Assembly (NCBI GenBank): GCA_002309575.1
Contig: DBXP01000044.1
Coordinates: 1 to 60,287 of the forward strand
From: a bacterium UBP6_UBA1209
Lineage (GTDB): Bacteria > UBP6 > UBA1177
Length of the DNA: 60,287 nt
Direction of reading: 5' to 3'
The notes below the pieces were generated by a model that searched no databases, was not told the origin of the DNA, and saw only the letters and a program-made list of their open reading frames with translations. Shown piece after piece: positions 46,401-55,728 of this stretch (positions within the stretch are counted from its first letter, which is position 1; the number at the start of each line of letters is the position of its first letter). Made by a program: the position numbers and the translations under genes.

Positions 46401-48611
46401 GTCGCCCCAGTTTGCCTTGAAGTTCTCTCTGTCGTCAACAAGTTTTTCCTTTGCGACGATGATCTTTTCGTCGATGGCCGCCTCCTTGCTGGCATAGTCG
46501 TCATCAAGTTTTGCCTTGAATTCGTCAAATTTGCCGGCTTCGTTTGCAAGCTGGTCTTCGATCCTCGCGATCTCGGCGATAAGCTTTTCGTTCTTTGCGC
46601 GGATCTCGTTTTCCTTGTTGGCTTTCTGGTTTTCCTCATCGTCAACAGATCTTGCTACGAGATCCTGAAGTTTTGCTATCTTCTCCTCGTATTCCTGCTC
46701 GACCTTGTCCGAAGCCTCCTCGTTTGCCGAAATCTTCTGCTCGGCGGCGACAATAACGGCCTCGTTTGCCTTTATCATCTCCTCCTCTTTTTTTGCCTTC
46801 ATGTTTTCGGTATCGTCGGTGTGCTTTGCGATCGCGTCTTCAAGCTTTGTCTTCTTGTCCGAAAGCTGGTTGAGGGTCGTCTCGTACTCCTTCTCAGCCT
46901 TCGCGTTCACGCTCTCTTTCTCTTTTGCGTATTCGGCCTCGATCCTGGCTCTGTCCTTCTCGATGCTCTCCTGAGTGTTTCCGAGGGTCGTGGCGCTCTT
47001 CATCATGAACTCCTCGATCTCCTGCTGATACTTTTGGAGCTCTCTCTCTCGAGCCGATTCCTGGTCGTCGAATTTTGCAAGATCCTGGTTGTAAGTATCG
47101 AATTTCTTCTGGTATTCTTTTTCAAGCTGAACGCTGTATTTTCTGTCCTCGTCCTCGTTTTTCATTCTTATTGCCTCGTTGTCGGACATGATTTTGCGTT
47201 CATTTGCTTCGAACTCGTCGTTCTGTTTCTGGATCTTTTCGTCGAGCTCTCTGTTCTTCTTCTCAAGCTCCTGTTTTTTCTTCTCGAGAGCTGCGATCTT
47301 TGCTGTTACCTTTGCGCCCTCTACGTTTTCGAAGGTTTTCTGCTTTTCGTAGTATTTGTCCTTCTCTTTCTGCTGAGCCGATTTCCAGTCGTTGTATGCC
47401 TTTGTATGAGCTTGAAGTTCCTTTTCCTTAGCCTGTTCGCGGCTCTTGTTGGAGACCTTGATGATGCCCTTTTCGCGCTGCTCGATCTGTGTGATCTGGC
47501 TTTCGAGGTTTACGATCTCCTGTTCGATGGAGGTATCATCCTTTTCCCACTGATACTTCATCTCCTGGATTCTTTTTTTCAGCTCGGCTTCATCTGCCTT
47601 TTGTTTTTTCTGGTTCTCTTTCTGCTGGGTCTTGAGGTCGGCAATTGCCTTTTCGCGAGCCTTGATGTTGTCGTTCAGCCACTTGTCGATGTCGGCAAGC
47701 TGTTTTGCTCTCCATTTTCTGACCTCTTCGATCTTTGCCTTGAAGCTCTTGTGGATCTGTTCTACGGCCTGCGCATCGCCTGGGTTGGGTTCAAGGTAGC
47801 GTTTGCGCATATTTTTGTCTTTCTTGTAGGCCATATTTTTGTAACCGAGCTCTCTGAACTCGTTGTCTGCGGCTCTTACGGAATCAAGTGTCCTCAATGC
47901 CGCTTTGTAGTCGCCTGAATCGAGCGAATCTGTTGCGTTCGCAAGACCCTTCTGGATTTTTTTGATATTAGACAAAAGAGTTTTCGCTGTATCGTTCTGC
48001 GCGCATTTGCAGTTCATTTCGTTTGCGGCGCGGTCGAAGATCTCCTCAGCCTCTTCGATGTTGCCCTTGTCGTATGCGGCAAATCCTTTTTTGATCTCCT
48101 CTTTTACTTCGCTGTACGAGAAGGTCTTGGCCGGAGCAGCCTTTGCAGCCTTGGGTTCACTCTTTTCGGCAATCGACGCGAGAAGCGTCTTCATCGCGTT
48201 GATCATATCGGAAGCGATGTCTTCGCTGTCGGTCCCGCCCTCCGCGGTAATGGATCTCGATCCTTTTTTGGAAGAGGATTTGTCGAAGAGTGTGATAGAG
48301 ACCTTTGTCTCTTTATGCTTGGAGATTTTGGGAATCAAAACAAAGTCATATTCATCACTCTTGGCAACAGCCTGTGCGATACACTTGAGGTCTGCCTTGC
48401 ACCGCGCGAGACCCGATGAATAGACCTCGACCTTCGCTGTCTTGATGGTTGAAAGCAGAAGAGAGAGGTTTTCATCAATTTCCTTGGCAATCTTTTTTTC
48501 CGAGTCGGAGGTGGCTACTGTCGGTGTAAGAGCGACAGAATTCTGCGCAAAAATCGCCGCGGAAATCAGTGTGAGCGAAATAAATGTCAATAACTTTGTG
48601 AATTTTCTCAT
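43488..48611 (-). CDS. Secreted giant coiled-coil protein flanked by TPR-like helical domains (~1707 aa)
   Basis: RBS GAGGA, MRKFTK signal peptide (AIFA-Q), N-terminal CxxxxxC domain and TPR-like helices at both ends. About 1300 aa of K/E/A-rich, nearly Pro-free helix. Confidence 0.85.
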   Translation of the reverse strand: MRKFTKLLTFISLTLISAAIFAQNSVALTPTVATSDSEKKIAKEIDENLSLLLSTIKTAKVEVYSSGLARCKADLKCIAQAVAKSDEYDFVLIPKISKHKETKVSITLFDKSSSKKGSRSITAEGGTDSEDIASDMINAMKTLLASIAEKSEPKAAKAAPAKTFSYSEVKEEIKKGFAAYDKGNIEEAEEIFDRAANEMNCKCAQNDTAKTLLSNIKKIQKGLANATDSLDSGDYKAALRTLDSVRAADNEFRELGYKNMAYKKDKNMRKRYLEPNPGDAQAVEQIHKSFKAKIEEVRKWRAKQLADIDKWLNDNIKAREKAIADLKTQQKENQKKQKADEAELKKRIQEMKYQWEKDDTSIEQEIVNLESQITQIEQREKGIIKVSNKSREQAKEKELQAHTKAYNDWKSAQQKEKDKYYEKQKTFENVEGAKVTAKIAALEKKKQELEKKNRELDEKIQKQNDEFEANERKIMSDNEAIRMKNEDEDRKYSVQLEKEYQKKFDTYNQDLAKFDDQESARERELQKYQQEIEEFMMKSATTLGNTQESIEKDRARIEAEYAKEKESVNAKAEKEYETTLNQLSDKKTKLEDAIAKHTDDTENMKAKKEEEMIKANEAVIVAAEQKISANEEASDKVEQEYEEKIAKLQDLVARSVDDEENQKANKENEIRAKNEKLIAEIARIEDQLANEAGKFDEFKAKLDDDYASKEAAIDEKIIVAKEKLVDDRENFKANWGDVVNKEIDKLQNENEALRAQIDESNGKLAEIDAKYSQQKMDELNRIDAKTAALEDNYAKKTDAVDDEIQKEIDKLHSDTTAEIQQVAAQGGKLESEYSKKANALSVEEGSIAASYDQKISKVQEKASAVEQKYEQKMAPYNVDSVVDEMNQKVSELENQKIEATNKLQEIIDAITQAKDNENQIFADKKEAIKNNPSEMAKIERDHASAIRKMDNDKASAERKIKFEEESAERKIKNEKAKYERQMARNKSELAKLEKEKNLELISTNKEIASLNKEKNAALAAHKKKVSALEASHKNEMNANAAAAKKIAAKASEKEKAIKASSKGRKARVAAEKANEIKKINAEKANVNNKFKAAADKEKASIQSDINAKKQKIAANNKEIKSWEKKSNVVDPAKLNAVIAPREKEIAELTKQKKGLQAEKAAKLKAASDVHKQNVAKLNAQKTDTINKTKGVETEVKNAQAEIAKKFDTIRGNIKADIAKLQAEKKQKIAALKADTNANIQKKTVAEKNFKANLASELAKLTAARNKELGAMKAELAKVSKQLAAHEKSHDAFVNKQVTQVDKKYEKQLNDLDMKLANESMRLQKANTDFEKKKRAEEAAAKQQHKAFLAEKNAKKKGVDQQVNNAQKERDQKLEARRKERAQQQDKWNKDKDARAAAFDRKVAADKNRLNENNKQIDAISAQIAVINADWARRLDDAKAKQHSDAKKQETQWQKAADNKEKWYENGKTAIVDKYDNMEVKEKENREKQKEQMMAKRDKLLAEKEKRKANRQTALDKEKQKWEKAQAAYKAQDEKFAASIEDLTAKKPDSAAKDKETAKAKKEEVNKKYQASLDKVNAAELQQVKQRFKNEYKEEGVREVQITKVTKKIESATAEAYSKSGLDKLNKDKIGEARKDFVEALFLDSDSRPAKEGMKAISTKAQTMYWEAFGMRDSNKSKAVRILENLIKNLLPTDEFYLKSMMLLEELK

Positions 48612-48747
48612 GTTGTCCTCACATCCATAATTTTTAATACTCAAGGCAACTGATATGTTACGAAATCTCAAAGTTATTGTCAACCTGAATAGGTCAAGAA
48701 TTTGCGGTTAAATTTTGGCGGGGAGAGGAGTTCAGGCGCAAAAAAGT

Positions 48748-49887
48748 TTAATCCATCAGCGTGTCGAGCTCGGCGACTTTGTTTTTGAACTCGGTAAGCT
48801 CTGCCGCCGGAACGGAGGTTACTGTCGTTTTGTGGAAAACAAACGGATCCTGCACCTTGCCCTTCTGACCGATGTTTATCTGATAGTGCAGGTGCGGCGC
48901 CGTGCTTTTGCCGGTGTTGCCCGAGTTGGCGATGTGTTGTCCGGCAGTTACTGACTGCCCGACATCGACAAGGACCTCGCTCAGGTGCAAGTATTTGAAA
49001 ACAAACGGTTTCCCCTTCTCTTCGATCTCGATGCAGTAGCCATTGTATTTCGTCTTCCAGTTTATGCGCGCAACTCTGCCGTTGACGGTCGAATAGACCG
49101 GAGTTCCGACCTGAGCCTTGAAGTCTATGCCTTCGTGCTTGGGTGCTCTGTCGCCGATCGTGCTTGTGATCTGAATGTAATTCTTGATCGGAGGATTTGG
49201 AGTTATCTTTTTTTCGATCATCGTGCCGTCGGAATAATAATATCTTGAGCTGGAATCTTTAGCTGTGTATTTATAAATGCTTATCGTTTTGCTCAGTTTG
49301 TGCGAATAATATTTTACTGCCAGGATCTCCAGGTCGTCAGGCAGATCGTTGCGCTGCTTTCTCTCGTCGGTTGGAATTATGCGGAAAACAAAGTCTATCG
49401 TGTCCTCCTTGCGGGCATCGCTTCTCAGCGATACATCCCAGATAAGAAGCCTTGCTATGTGTGCGCTCAAAATGTCGGCAAGCTTTGCGGTGTTAAGTGC
49501 CTGCGACATTTTCTGGATCTCTTCGCTGTGGTTGAACGCGTTGTAGAAATTGTCGGAAATTACAACGGACGAAGCGATAGGCTCGCCGGCGGTGTATGTC
49601 CGGTTCGTGGTCTGCGAAGGTGCGGGCGCTGGGGTCGCTGCAGCCGGCTGATCTCCGTTTGCAGCCGTGGAAGAAGCCTCTGTCTGCGTTGAACCGGATG
49701 CGGCTTCCGCTGTTGCGGAGACCTGTTCCGTGGATGCACTCTTGTTTTCTGGCTTTTTTTCTTCGCTGCCCGGAAATTTGTAAAAAATAATGAATGCCAG
49801 AAGGAGGAGATTGATGACAAAAGATACTCTGAAAAGTGTCTTCCACTTTTTTAGCTGAGGGTCGGTAAAAAGCGGCTGATAATTCAT
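48748..49887 (-). CDS. M23 family peptidoglycan endopeptidase
   Basis: N-terminal TM, HEGIDF, GTPV, YLHLS and GNTGKSTAPHLHY. Confidence 0.92.
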   Translation of the reverse strand: MNYQPLFTDPQLKKWKTLFRVSFVINLLLLAFIIFYKFPGSEEKKPENKSASTEQVSATAEAASGSTQTEASSTAANGDQPAAATPAPAPSQTTNRTYTAGEPIASSVVISDNFYNAFNHSEEIQKMSQALNTAKLADILSAHIARLLIWDVSLRSDARKEDTIDFVFRIIPTDERKQRNDLPDDLEILAVKYYSHKLSKTISIYKYTAKDSSSRYYYSDGTMIEKKITPNPPIKNYIQITSTIGDRAPKHEGIDFKAQVGTPVYSTVNGRVARINWKTKYNGYCIEIEEKGKPFVFKYLHLSEVLVDVGQSVTAGQHIANSGNTGKSTAPHLHYQINIGQKGKVQDPFVFHKTTVTSVPAAELTEFKNKVAELDTLMD

Positions 49888-51542
49888 TTTGTCCTCCTGA
49901 AAAGTGCGGAATATAAGACAGAATCGACTGACGATATTGCAATCGGAGCGGCTGTGCCGAATTCATAGGCTATTTCGTTGAGCAGGTTTTCGTTCTGTTT
50001 TTCAAAAAAGAAAAAGGCGAAATCTGCGTCGTGAATGTTGTTTACACCGATAAGATCTTCTCTGACAAGCCCCTCCTCTTTCATGAAGTTGAAGGAGTTG
50101 TAGTTCAGGCCCTCGTAGGCTCCCATGATGTAGACCTTTGATTTTAAGGGTGCGTTTTTATTCAATGTTTCTGCCAAGTCAATCATGTCGTATCCCCAAA
50201 AATTCCGCTGCATCCTGAGCTCAGCGGCTCCCTCTGCTCCCCCTATCAGCAGATTATAAAACGCAGGGCCGCGTTTTGCGAATTTTACATTCGGCTGAAC
50301 GAGGGATATCGTAGCAGCAAAAAAGACCAGTGCAACAAAAGCTTCTTTGTATCTATCTGTTTTTACTAAAAATTTCAAGTTTTCTCCGATAAAAAAGACT
50401 CCCGCCGTGAGCATGAGCGGATAGCCGGTGAACCAATGTTTGATACCGCCGAAAATCGGTACAGATGGCAAAGCGATCAGAAAAATCGGGAAGAGCGATC
50501 CTGAAATCATGGCAAGCGAACTCTCCTTATCCCTTGTTGATGCAGCATTCTTAAATTCCCTGCAGAACCAGATAATACCTGCGAAGAAACAAAGAAGCTG
50601 GGGGAGCGGAGTCGTGAAAAGGGTCATCGCCCACGGAAAGCTGAACGGGAAGGGACCTGTCGCAAGCTCCTGTCCGAAGTAGTAGTTCGTGTAGTTTACG
50701 TGTTGTGTGTGGAAGGCCATATATTCGCCGACCCGGTTGACTGTATCGTGCCACATCCAGGGCCAGAGCAGGAAATAGAGCGGTATCGAAATCAGGACCA
50801 TGAAGTAGAAAACCTTGGGGACTGATGTGAAAAAATGTTTTATTGAAAAGCTGCCGTTCTCCTTCCGGTATGAAAAAAAGTAGAAGCAGAGCCACGATGC
50901 AAAGAGGATAATCGGGATGAAGAGAACGTTGTGCTTTGTTGCCATCGCAAGTGCGAAAAAGATTGCCGTGACTATATGAACCAAGAGTCTGCTGGTTTTA
51001 ATGCAAAAAAGGTAGAGAATGAATGTCGTGCTCCAGAAGAAGAGGATCGGCACGTCGAAGCAGGCGAGGTGTGAGTGAAAAAAGAGGTGCGGCATCATGA
51101 AAAACAGGATCGGCGCGGTGACCGCGGTGATGCGGTCGAAGAAAATCTGCCCGAAAAGGTAGATCATCAGGGCTGTCAGCGCGGCGAAAAAGGCGGCAAC
51201 GAGCCTTGCCGATGATCCCGTCTCCAAAATTTTCAGTTTCCGGTGAAAAATGTAGTTTGAAAGCCCGAAGAGCTCTTTCATAAACGGCGGATGCTCATGG
51301 TTGAAGCTGAAATATCTGTCGGTCTGGTTCTGCGAAAAAGGTTTCGCGAACTCGCCTTCGGCAAAGCTGCGCTCGATAGACTCGTACCAGTCTGCCATCT
51401 CGTTGGCAGCCTTCATGTAGAAGCCTTCGTCGCGTACAAAGCCGATCGCGTCACGTGTACAAAAAATCATCAAGAAAACGAAAAGGGAGACGATCGATGC
51501 GATTGCTACGTCTAACTTTGTGATTTTATTTTTAAAATTCAT
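49884..51542 (-). CDS. GT-C fold membrane glycosyltransferase (ArnT/PMT_2, GT39/GT83-like)
   Basis: RDEGFY after TM1, EHPPFMK, ARL, D.P and AMATKHN; many TM segments. Confidence 0.82.
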   Translation of the reverse strand: MNFKNKITKLDVAIASIVSLFVFLMIFCTRDAIGFVRDEGFYMKAANEMADWYESIERSFAEGEFAKPFSQNQTDRYFSFNHEHPPFMKELFGLSNYIFHRKLKILETGSSARLVAAFFAALTALMIYLFGQIFFDRITAVTAPILFFMMPHLFFHSHLACFDVPILFFWSTTFILYLFCIKTSRLLVHIVTAIFFALAMATKHNVLFIPIILFASWLCFYFFSYRKENGSFSIKHFFTSVPKVFYFMVLISIPLYFLLWPWMWHDTVNRVGEYMAFHTQHVNYTNYYFGQELATGPFPFSFPWAMTLFTTPLPQLLCFFAGIIWFCREFKNAASTRDKESSLAMISGSLFPIFLIALPSVPIFGGIKHWFTGYPLMLTAGVFFIGENLKFLVKTDRYKEAFVALVFFAATISLVQPNVKFAKRGPAFYNLLIGGAEGAAELRMQRNFWGYDMIDLAETLNKNAPLKSKVYIMGAYEGLNYNSFNFMKEEGLVREDLIGVNNIHDADFAFFFFEKQNENLLNEIAYEFGTAAPIAISSVDSVLYSALFRRTK

Positions 51543-52501
51543 CGCGTTATATATCCGTTGAAGGTGAAGTGCCTCTGCCTGTCGTCCTTTGTAGTTATCT
51601 CGATCCGGAGAGTTCCGGCTCCTTTAGGGATATCTGTCTCTTTGCGGAACGAGTTTCTGACAGAGAGGTTTTTGTACTCTAAAATTTTAGTTTCGTCGGC
51701 AAAAACCGCGACATTGACGGGTGCCTTGTTCTGAGACATCCAGCCGGCTTCGCGGAAAACCGAGTTGAAGACCAAATGTCCGCTCTCTGCCGGCAGGTCA
51801 AAGACGATCGTGAGCTTTTCCTTTGCGGTCGGATGGGCCCAGACAGCTCTTTCAGGGATCTTCCCGTTGAATCTGGCGGTAGTCCTGCCGACGTAATTCC
51901 AGCTGTTTTTCGCGCAGATCCAGTCTCCGCCGGAGTTCAGACGGCATTCGCGCTTTTTGTCTTTTCCCGAAAAGTAGACTTCACGGGCCTTGTCGATGTC
52001 GCGGGCGAAAAGCAGAAGCTTGGAAGGAGAGGGGGTTGTCTTTTCGGAAAGCAGGACGACACCTCCCGGTACGCTGAACCTTTGGATTTCGCGGAGCTTC
52101 AGCTCCTCAAGCAGAGTGCCTGCTTTTTCAGGGTCGTTAAGAAGAAAGAATATCCTGCCCGTGTCGTCATCCCTGAGACGATCCAGATCTTCACTTTTCA
52201 GCTCCTTCAGAGTCAGGTACAGAGGAAGGACTTTATCGTTGAGCATTTTTGTGAAGTCGAGGTCCCAGTCGTTTTCCGGGAATATTATGTCCCCATCCCT
52301 GAAGTTTTCGTTCAGGACCTTTGCAAATCCCTCTTCCGTCGCGGGATCAAGCTCACCGGAATTACTTAAAAAGTGCCAGAAGATCAGCGAAGCAGGAATC
52401 GAAACAATAAAGAGAACTGCAATTGCACGGCCTGAAAATTTAAAAAATTTTGCAAAAAAGTTAGTCAAATCAACCCCCAGCATGAGGATTATGGAGAGCA
52501 A
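51539..52501 (-). CDS. Hypothetical membrane-anchored protein with C-terminal beta-sandwich
   Basis: N-terminal TM and WAHP motif; stop overlaps the GT start. Start uncertain. Confidence 0.65.
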   Translation of the reverse strand: MLSIILMLGVDLTNFFAKFFKFSGRAIAVLFIVSIPASLIFWHFLSNSGELDPATEEGFAKVLNENFRDGDIIFPENDWDLDFTKMLNDKVLPLYLTLKELKSEDLDRLRDDDTGRIFFLLNDPEKAGTLLEELKLREIQRFSVPGGVVLLSEKTTPSPSKLLLFARDIDKAREVYFSGKDKKRECRLNSGGDWICAKNSWNYVGRTTARFNGKIPERAVWAHPTAKEKLTIVFDLPAESGHLVFNSVFREAGWMSQNKAPVNVAVFADETKILEYKNLSVRNSFRKETDIPKGAGTLRIEITTKDDRQRHFTFNGYITR

Positions 52502-52569
52502 GCGATGCTAAATCAAGAAAAAGAGGTGAATGGAGTCAAAAGAGATCCTTTTTTGAAATTATCGGGAGC

Positions 52570-55500
52570 TTATTTGGAAGCGAAACGTCTCAAAGCCATC
52601 GCAGCAAGAAGACCTGCCGCAGCAAGAAGCATGACGAAGATATTTTGAGAATCCTCAACAACGGTGAGCGCACATCCGCTGTCATCGCCGTCGGCAGCGA
52701 TATCATCCTCGTAGATATATTTTCTCGAGTTGAGAGGAGTTCCGATGACCTTGTCGGTGTTTTTCAGGTTGAGGTTCTTGACCTGTACCTGGAATTCCTG
52801 ACCGTTTGTCAGGGAGAGATTTGCTCTGATGGTGAGATACTTCTCTGTATCAGCCGGAACATCGTAATTCAGGTTGAAGCGGTGAGACATATTGGCGTCG
52901 AAAGAGCTGGTCTTCGCGAGTTCGACATCGCCGATACCGTCGTTGTTCGTATCTTCATAGAGTGCAAGGCTTGTGATCGCCGATCCGAACTGAGCCTGGC
53001 TTGATTTCGGAACTATGATGGTGATCCTAGTGATAGTGTCTGCCTCACCTATGGAGAGGAGCTTGATCTGGAAGACATCGTGTGTTCCGTTCATCTTTGA
53101 TTTCGCAGGAACTGCCGGGTCGTGCTCGCCGGTCGTTACGACAAAGCCCTCTGTCGGCATGAACTGGTATTTCGCGAACTCGACGGGAAGACCGTCAACA
53201 GTTGCGTTTCCGCCGTTGATATTGATGCCTTCGCTCTCTATCATGGGCGAGAATGTGGTGCTGTTTGTGATGTTGGCACCGTTGAAGTTTGCGTTTGCAA
53301 CGAAGATGATGCTGTTTCTCTTGTTCGCCCAGAGTCTGTTGGTCGGGTCGGAGGAGGTGAATCCTGCGTAGCCTGACGAAAGTGCGTCTGCCGAGCCGAG
53401 AAGAACGTCGCCGGAATCAAGTTTGCCGTCGTTGTTCATATCGTTGTACATCTTGAGGTCGGTGATCGCGATCGAAGAGTCGTTTACATCGACTCTCAGA
53501 CGGACTGAATCAAGGTTGAAGAAGCAGTCGCTTGTTTCTGCCGCAATGATGTCGATCTGACCGAGAACAAGCTCGTTTGACGGATTCGGGATAATGATGA
53601 TGTTGTCCGAGCTCTGGCTGTTTTTGCCGGCAGCGACGCTGACTGACGCGTTCTGGCATTTGACGATTTTCGGGTCGTCGATGCAGGAGCCTGAGTCCTT
53701 GTCGCAGATTTTGCCTGCGCCGCACTCGTCGTTCGAGGTGCAGGAAGCAGCTCCGACACCGCCGCAGTCAGAGAGGTCGACCGCGTCCTGAGATGTTACG
53801 CAGCCGGTCGAGATCATTCTGAGCTTCGAGGAGATGCCGAGGTTCGTTTTGTAGTCGACGACGCCGGGTGTTCTGTAAAGCGCGGTGTTTTCGATTACGT
53901 GGTTCTTAGCGGTATCTTGTCTTACTTTTGCTCTGAATCTGACGATTACAAGGTCGTTGCAGGAGAGGTAATCTTCGCCCTCTTTGCAGAAGTTGAGCGA
54001 ATCAGCGACCTTGACGCCGTTGACAAGCGGGAATCCGCCTGCATCGTCAGGGATCGGGATCCATTTTTTAGCGATCTTTTTGCCGTTCTCGACGACGAAA
54101 TCGTTTGCATATTCGGTCGATCCGGGGACATATTCCATTCCGGCCGGGATCGTATCGACTACGGAGATGTTTTTGGTAAGGTCTGTTCCCCAGTTCTGGA
54201 TCCTCATCGCGAAGGTGTGCTCGATGTTGTTCTGGCACCACTTTCCTTCGTATTGCTCGCCTGCCGAAACAGGAGTGTTCGCGGGTGTGCAGGCAACCTT
54301 TTCGGGCTGACCGGGAATATCGAACTGCGGAGTCTTGGTATCAACGCTGACAAGCATGAAGTTCGTGATGGCCTGGTCCTGGTTTGCTCCGATACGAAGT
54401 TTGATGTTTGTGCCGCCTTTGTGGAAGTGCGCAGCCATTCCTCCGTCGTTCGCTGTGTCGAGAACGAAGGTATCCATATCCATGCCGTATTCGATTTCAT
54501 CGTAGTTGAGAGCTCCGGGAACTCCGCCGATGCACTGAAGGTTCGTTCCGGTGTAGTCGTAAACCGATGAAATCGAGTTGAAGATCTCGGTGTAGTTAAG
54601 GGTAGCGAAGTTGTCGCTGAGGTATGCCGGCGGGTTGCACTCGTTGCTGATCAAAAGCCAGTCAACGCCGTCGCCCTGGACCTGGATGCCCTCTTCGTAG
54701 AGCATTCCTGTTTCGGGGTTGAGGGTCGCAAGTCCCGGGTCGCCTTCATGGGATGCAAGTGTCAGTCTGATCTCGGGGTCGGTCGGGAATTCGAAGCCGG
54801 ATACCGAAATTTCGCTGAGCTCATGGTAGTAGGGTTTGAAACCGTCATAGAGATAAACTTTCTTCGGGCTGATCGTGGCCGATGTGTAGATCAAAATGAT
54901 CGACCAGCCGGATACCATCTCTGTCGACCCTTTGTAGATGGCGTCGCTTGCGCATTTAAGGCCTGAAAGAGTGTAGGAACCATAAAGGTACGAACCGTCG
55001 AAAGAACCGCTCTGGTCTGTCTCGAGCTCACGTCCTTTCTGCTGCAAAGCCTTAAAGAAATCAACGACTTTTACTCTGTAGGTGAACCAGCTTTTGTTGG
55101 GCTCGCTGGCATCCTTGAATGCATCGAATTCGAAGTCTACGAAACCTGCTTCCGAGACTTTGTATGCCTTTTTGCCTTTGATCGTCTGGGTCGAAGAGAT
55201 CCCGGCGTTGCTTTCGTGCTGGAACGAGAGGGTGACTTCGTTGTCGGTCGGATCGTCCTTTTCGACGACCGGTACCGCACCTGTCCATACGAGGTATGCA
55301 TCTTCGATTATTGCATCCAGCGGAAGGTATGTCGCATCCAGAACGTAGGTGCTTGAATCAAGACATGTGTCGCCCTGAGGGTTGTTGATGTCTGAATCAG
55401 CCTCTGTGTTTGAAAGAAGCGACTTGAACATAACGTGGTAACCGTAAGCTCCGTCCTCCCACTTGAGCTCTGTACCCCTGTAGTTCGAAACAGAGGGGCC

Positions 55501-55572
55501 GATAGCCTTTGCGGAGAGAGCCAGAGGCAGTACGCAAAGAAGTAAAACCAAGAAAAATCTGAATTTTTTCAT
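52570..55572 (-). CDS. Large surface protein with DUF11-like domain and MYXO-CTERM-like sorting signal
   Basis: Signal peptide, VVDTIPAGMEYVPGST (DUF11-like), Cys-rich unit and DxNNDG Ca-binding-like loops. C-terminus DDSGCALT-hydrophobic-RRFASK. Confidence 0.8.
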   Translation of the reverse strand: MKKFRFFLVLLLCVLPLALSAKAIGPSVSNYRGTELKWEDGAYGYHVMFKSLLSNTEADSDINNPQGDTCLDSSTYVLDATYLPLDAIIEDAYLVWTGAVPVVEKDDPTDNEVTLSFQHESNAGISSTQTIKGKKAYKVSEAGFVDFEFDAFKDASEPNKSWFTYRVKVVDFFKALQQKGRELETDQSGSFDGSYLYGSYTLSGLKCASDAIYKGSTEMVSGWSIILIYTSATISPKKVYLYDGFKPYYHELSEISVSGFEFPTDPEIRLTLASHEGDPGLATLNPETGMLYEEGIQVQGDGVDWLLISNECNPPAYLSDNFATLNYTEIFNSISSVYDYTGTNLQCIGGVPGALNYDEIEYGMDMDTFVLDTANDGGMAAHFHKGGTNIKLRIGANQDQAITNFMLVSVDTKTPQFDIPGQPEKVACTPANTPVSAGEQYEGKWCQNNIEHTFAMRIQNWGTDLTKNISVVDTIPAGMEYVPGSTEYANDFVVENGKKIAKKWIPIPDDAGGFPLVNGVKVADSLNFCKEGEDYLSCNDLVIVRFRAKVRQDTAKNHVIENTALYRTPGVVDYKTNLGISSKLRMISTGCVTSQDAVDLSDCGGVGAASCTSNDECGAGKICDKDSGSCIDDPKIVKCQNASVSVAAGKNSQSSDNIIIIPNPSNELVLGQIDIIAAETSDCFFNLDSVRLRVDVNDSSIAITDLKMYNDMNNDGKLDSGDVLLGSADALSSGYAGFTSSDPTNRLWANKRNSIIFVANANFNGANITNSTTFSPMIESEGININGGNATVDGLPVEFAKYQFMPTEGFVVTTGEHDPAVPAKSKMNGTHDVFQIKLLSIGEADTITRITIIVPKSSQAQFGSAITSLALYEDTNNDGIGDVELAKTSSFDANMSHRFNLNYDVPADTEKYLTIRANLSLTNGQEFQVQVKNLNLKNTDKVIGTPLNSRKYIYEDDIAADGDDSGCALTVVEDSQNIFVMLLAAAGLLAAMALRRFASK

Positions 55573-55618
55573 CTTTAGCCTCAATAAAATGTTAAAAAAC
55601 GGACAAAATTACGCGTAA

Positions 55619-55646
55619 ATCATAGGTGCAATGCTTTTTTTGTCAA
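55619..55646 (-). promoter_or_regulatory. Putative promoter
   Basis: TTGACA-N16-TATGAT. Confidence 0.5.
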
Positions 55647-55673
55647 AACAATAGAAAGATTTTTTAATAATCC

Positions 55674-55701
55674 TTGAAATCGGACTGGCGAAAACTAAAC
55701 T
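55674..55701 (+). promoter_or_regulatory. Putative promoter
   Basis: TTGAAA-N16-TAAACT, 27 bp before ATG 55729. Confidence 0.35.
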
Positions 55702-55728
55702 GTGCCAGCAAAGTGAAGTGAAAAAGAT

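Noticed and set aside
45516-47918. 800-aa hydrophobic ORF on the + strand
   Set aside because: Reverse complement of Lys/Glu codons in the coiled-coil gene gives Leu/Phe-rich text; not a membrane protein.
43488-48611. SMC/SbcC ATPase or phage tape measure protein
   Set aside because: It has a signal peptide, no Walker or signature motifs, and no phage genes nearby.
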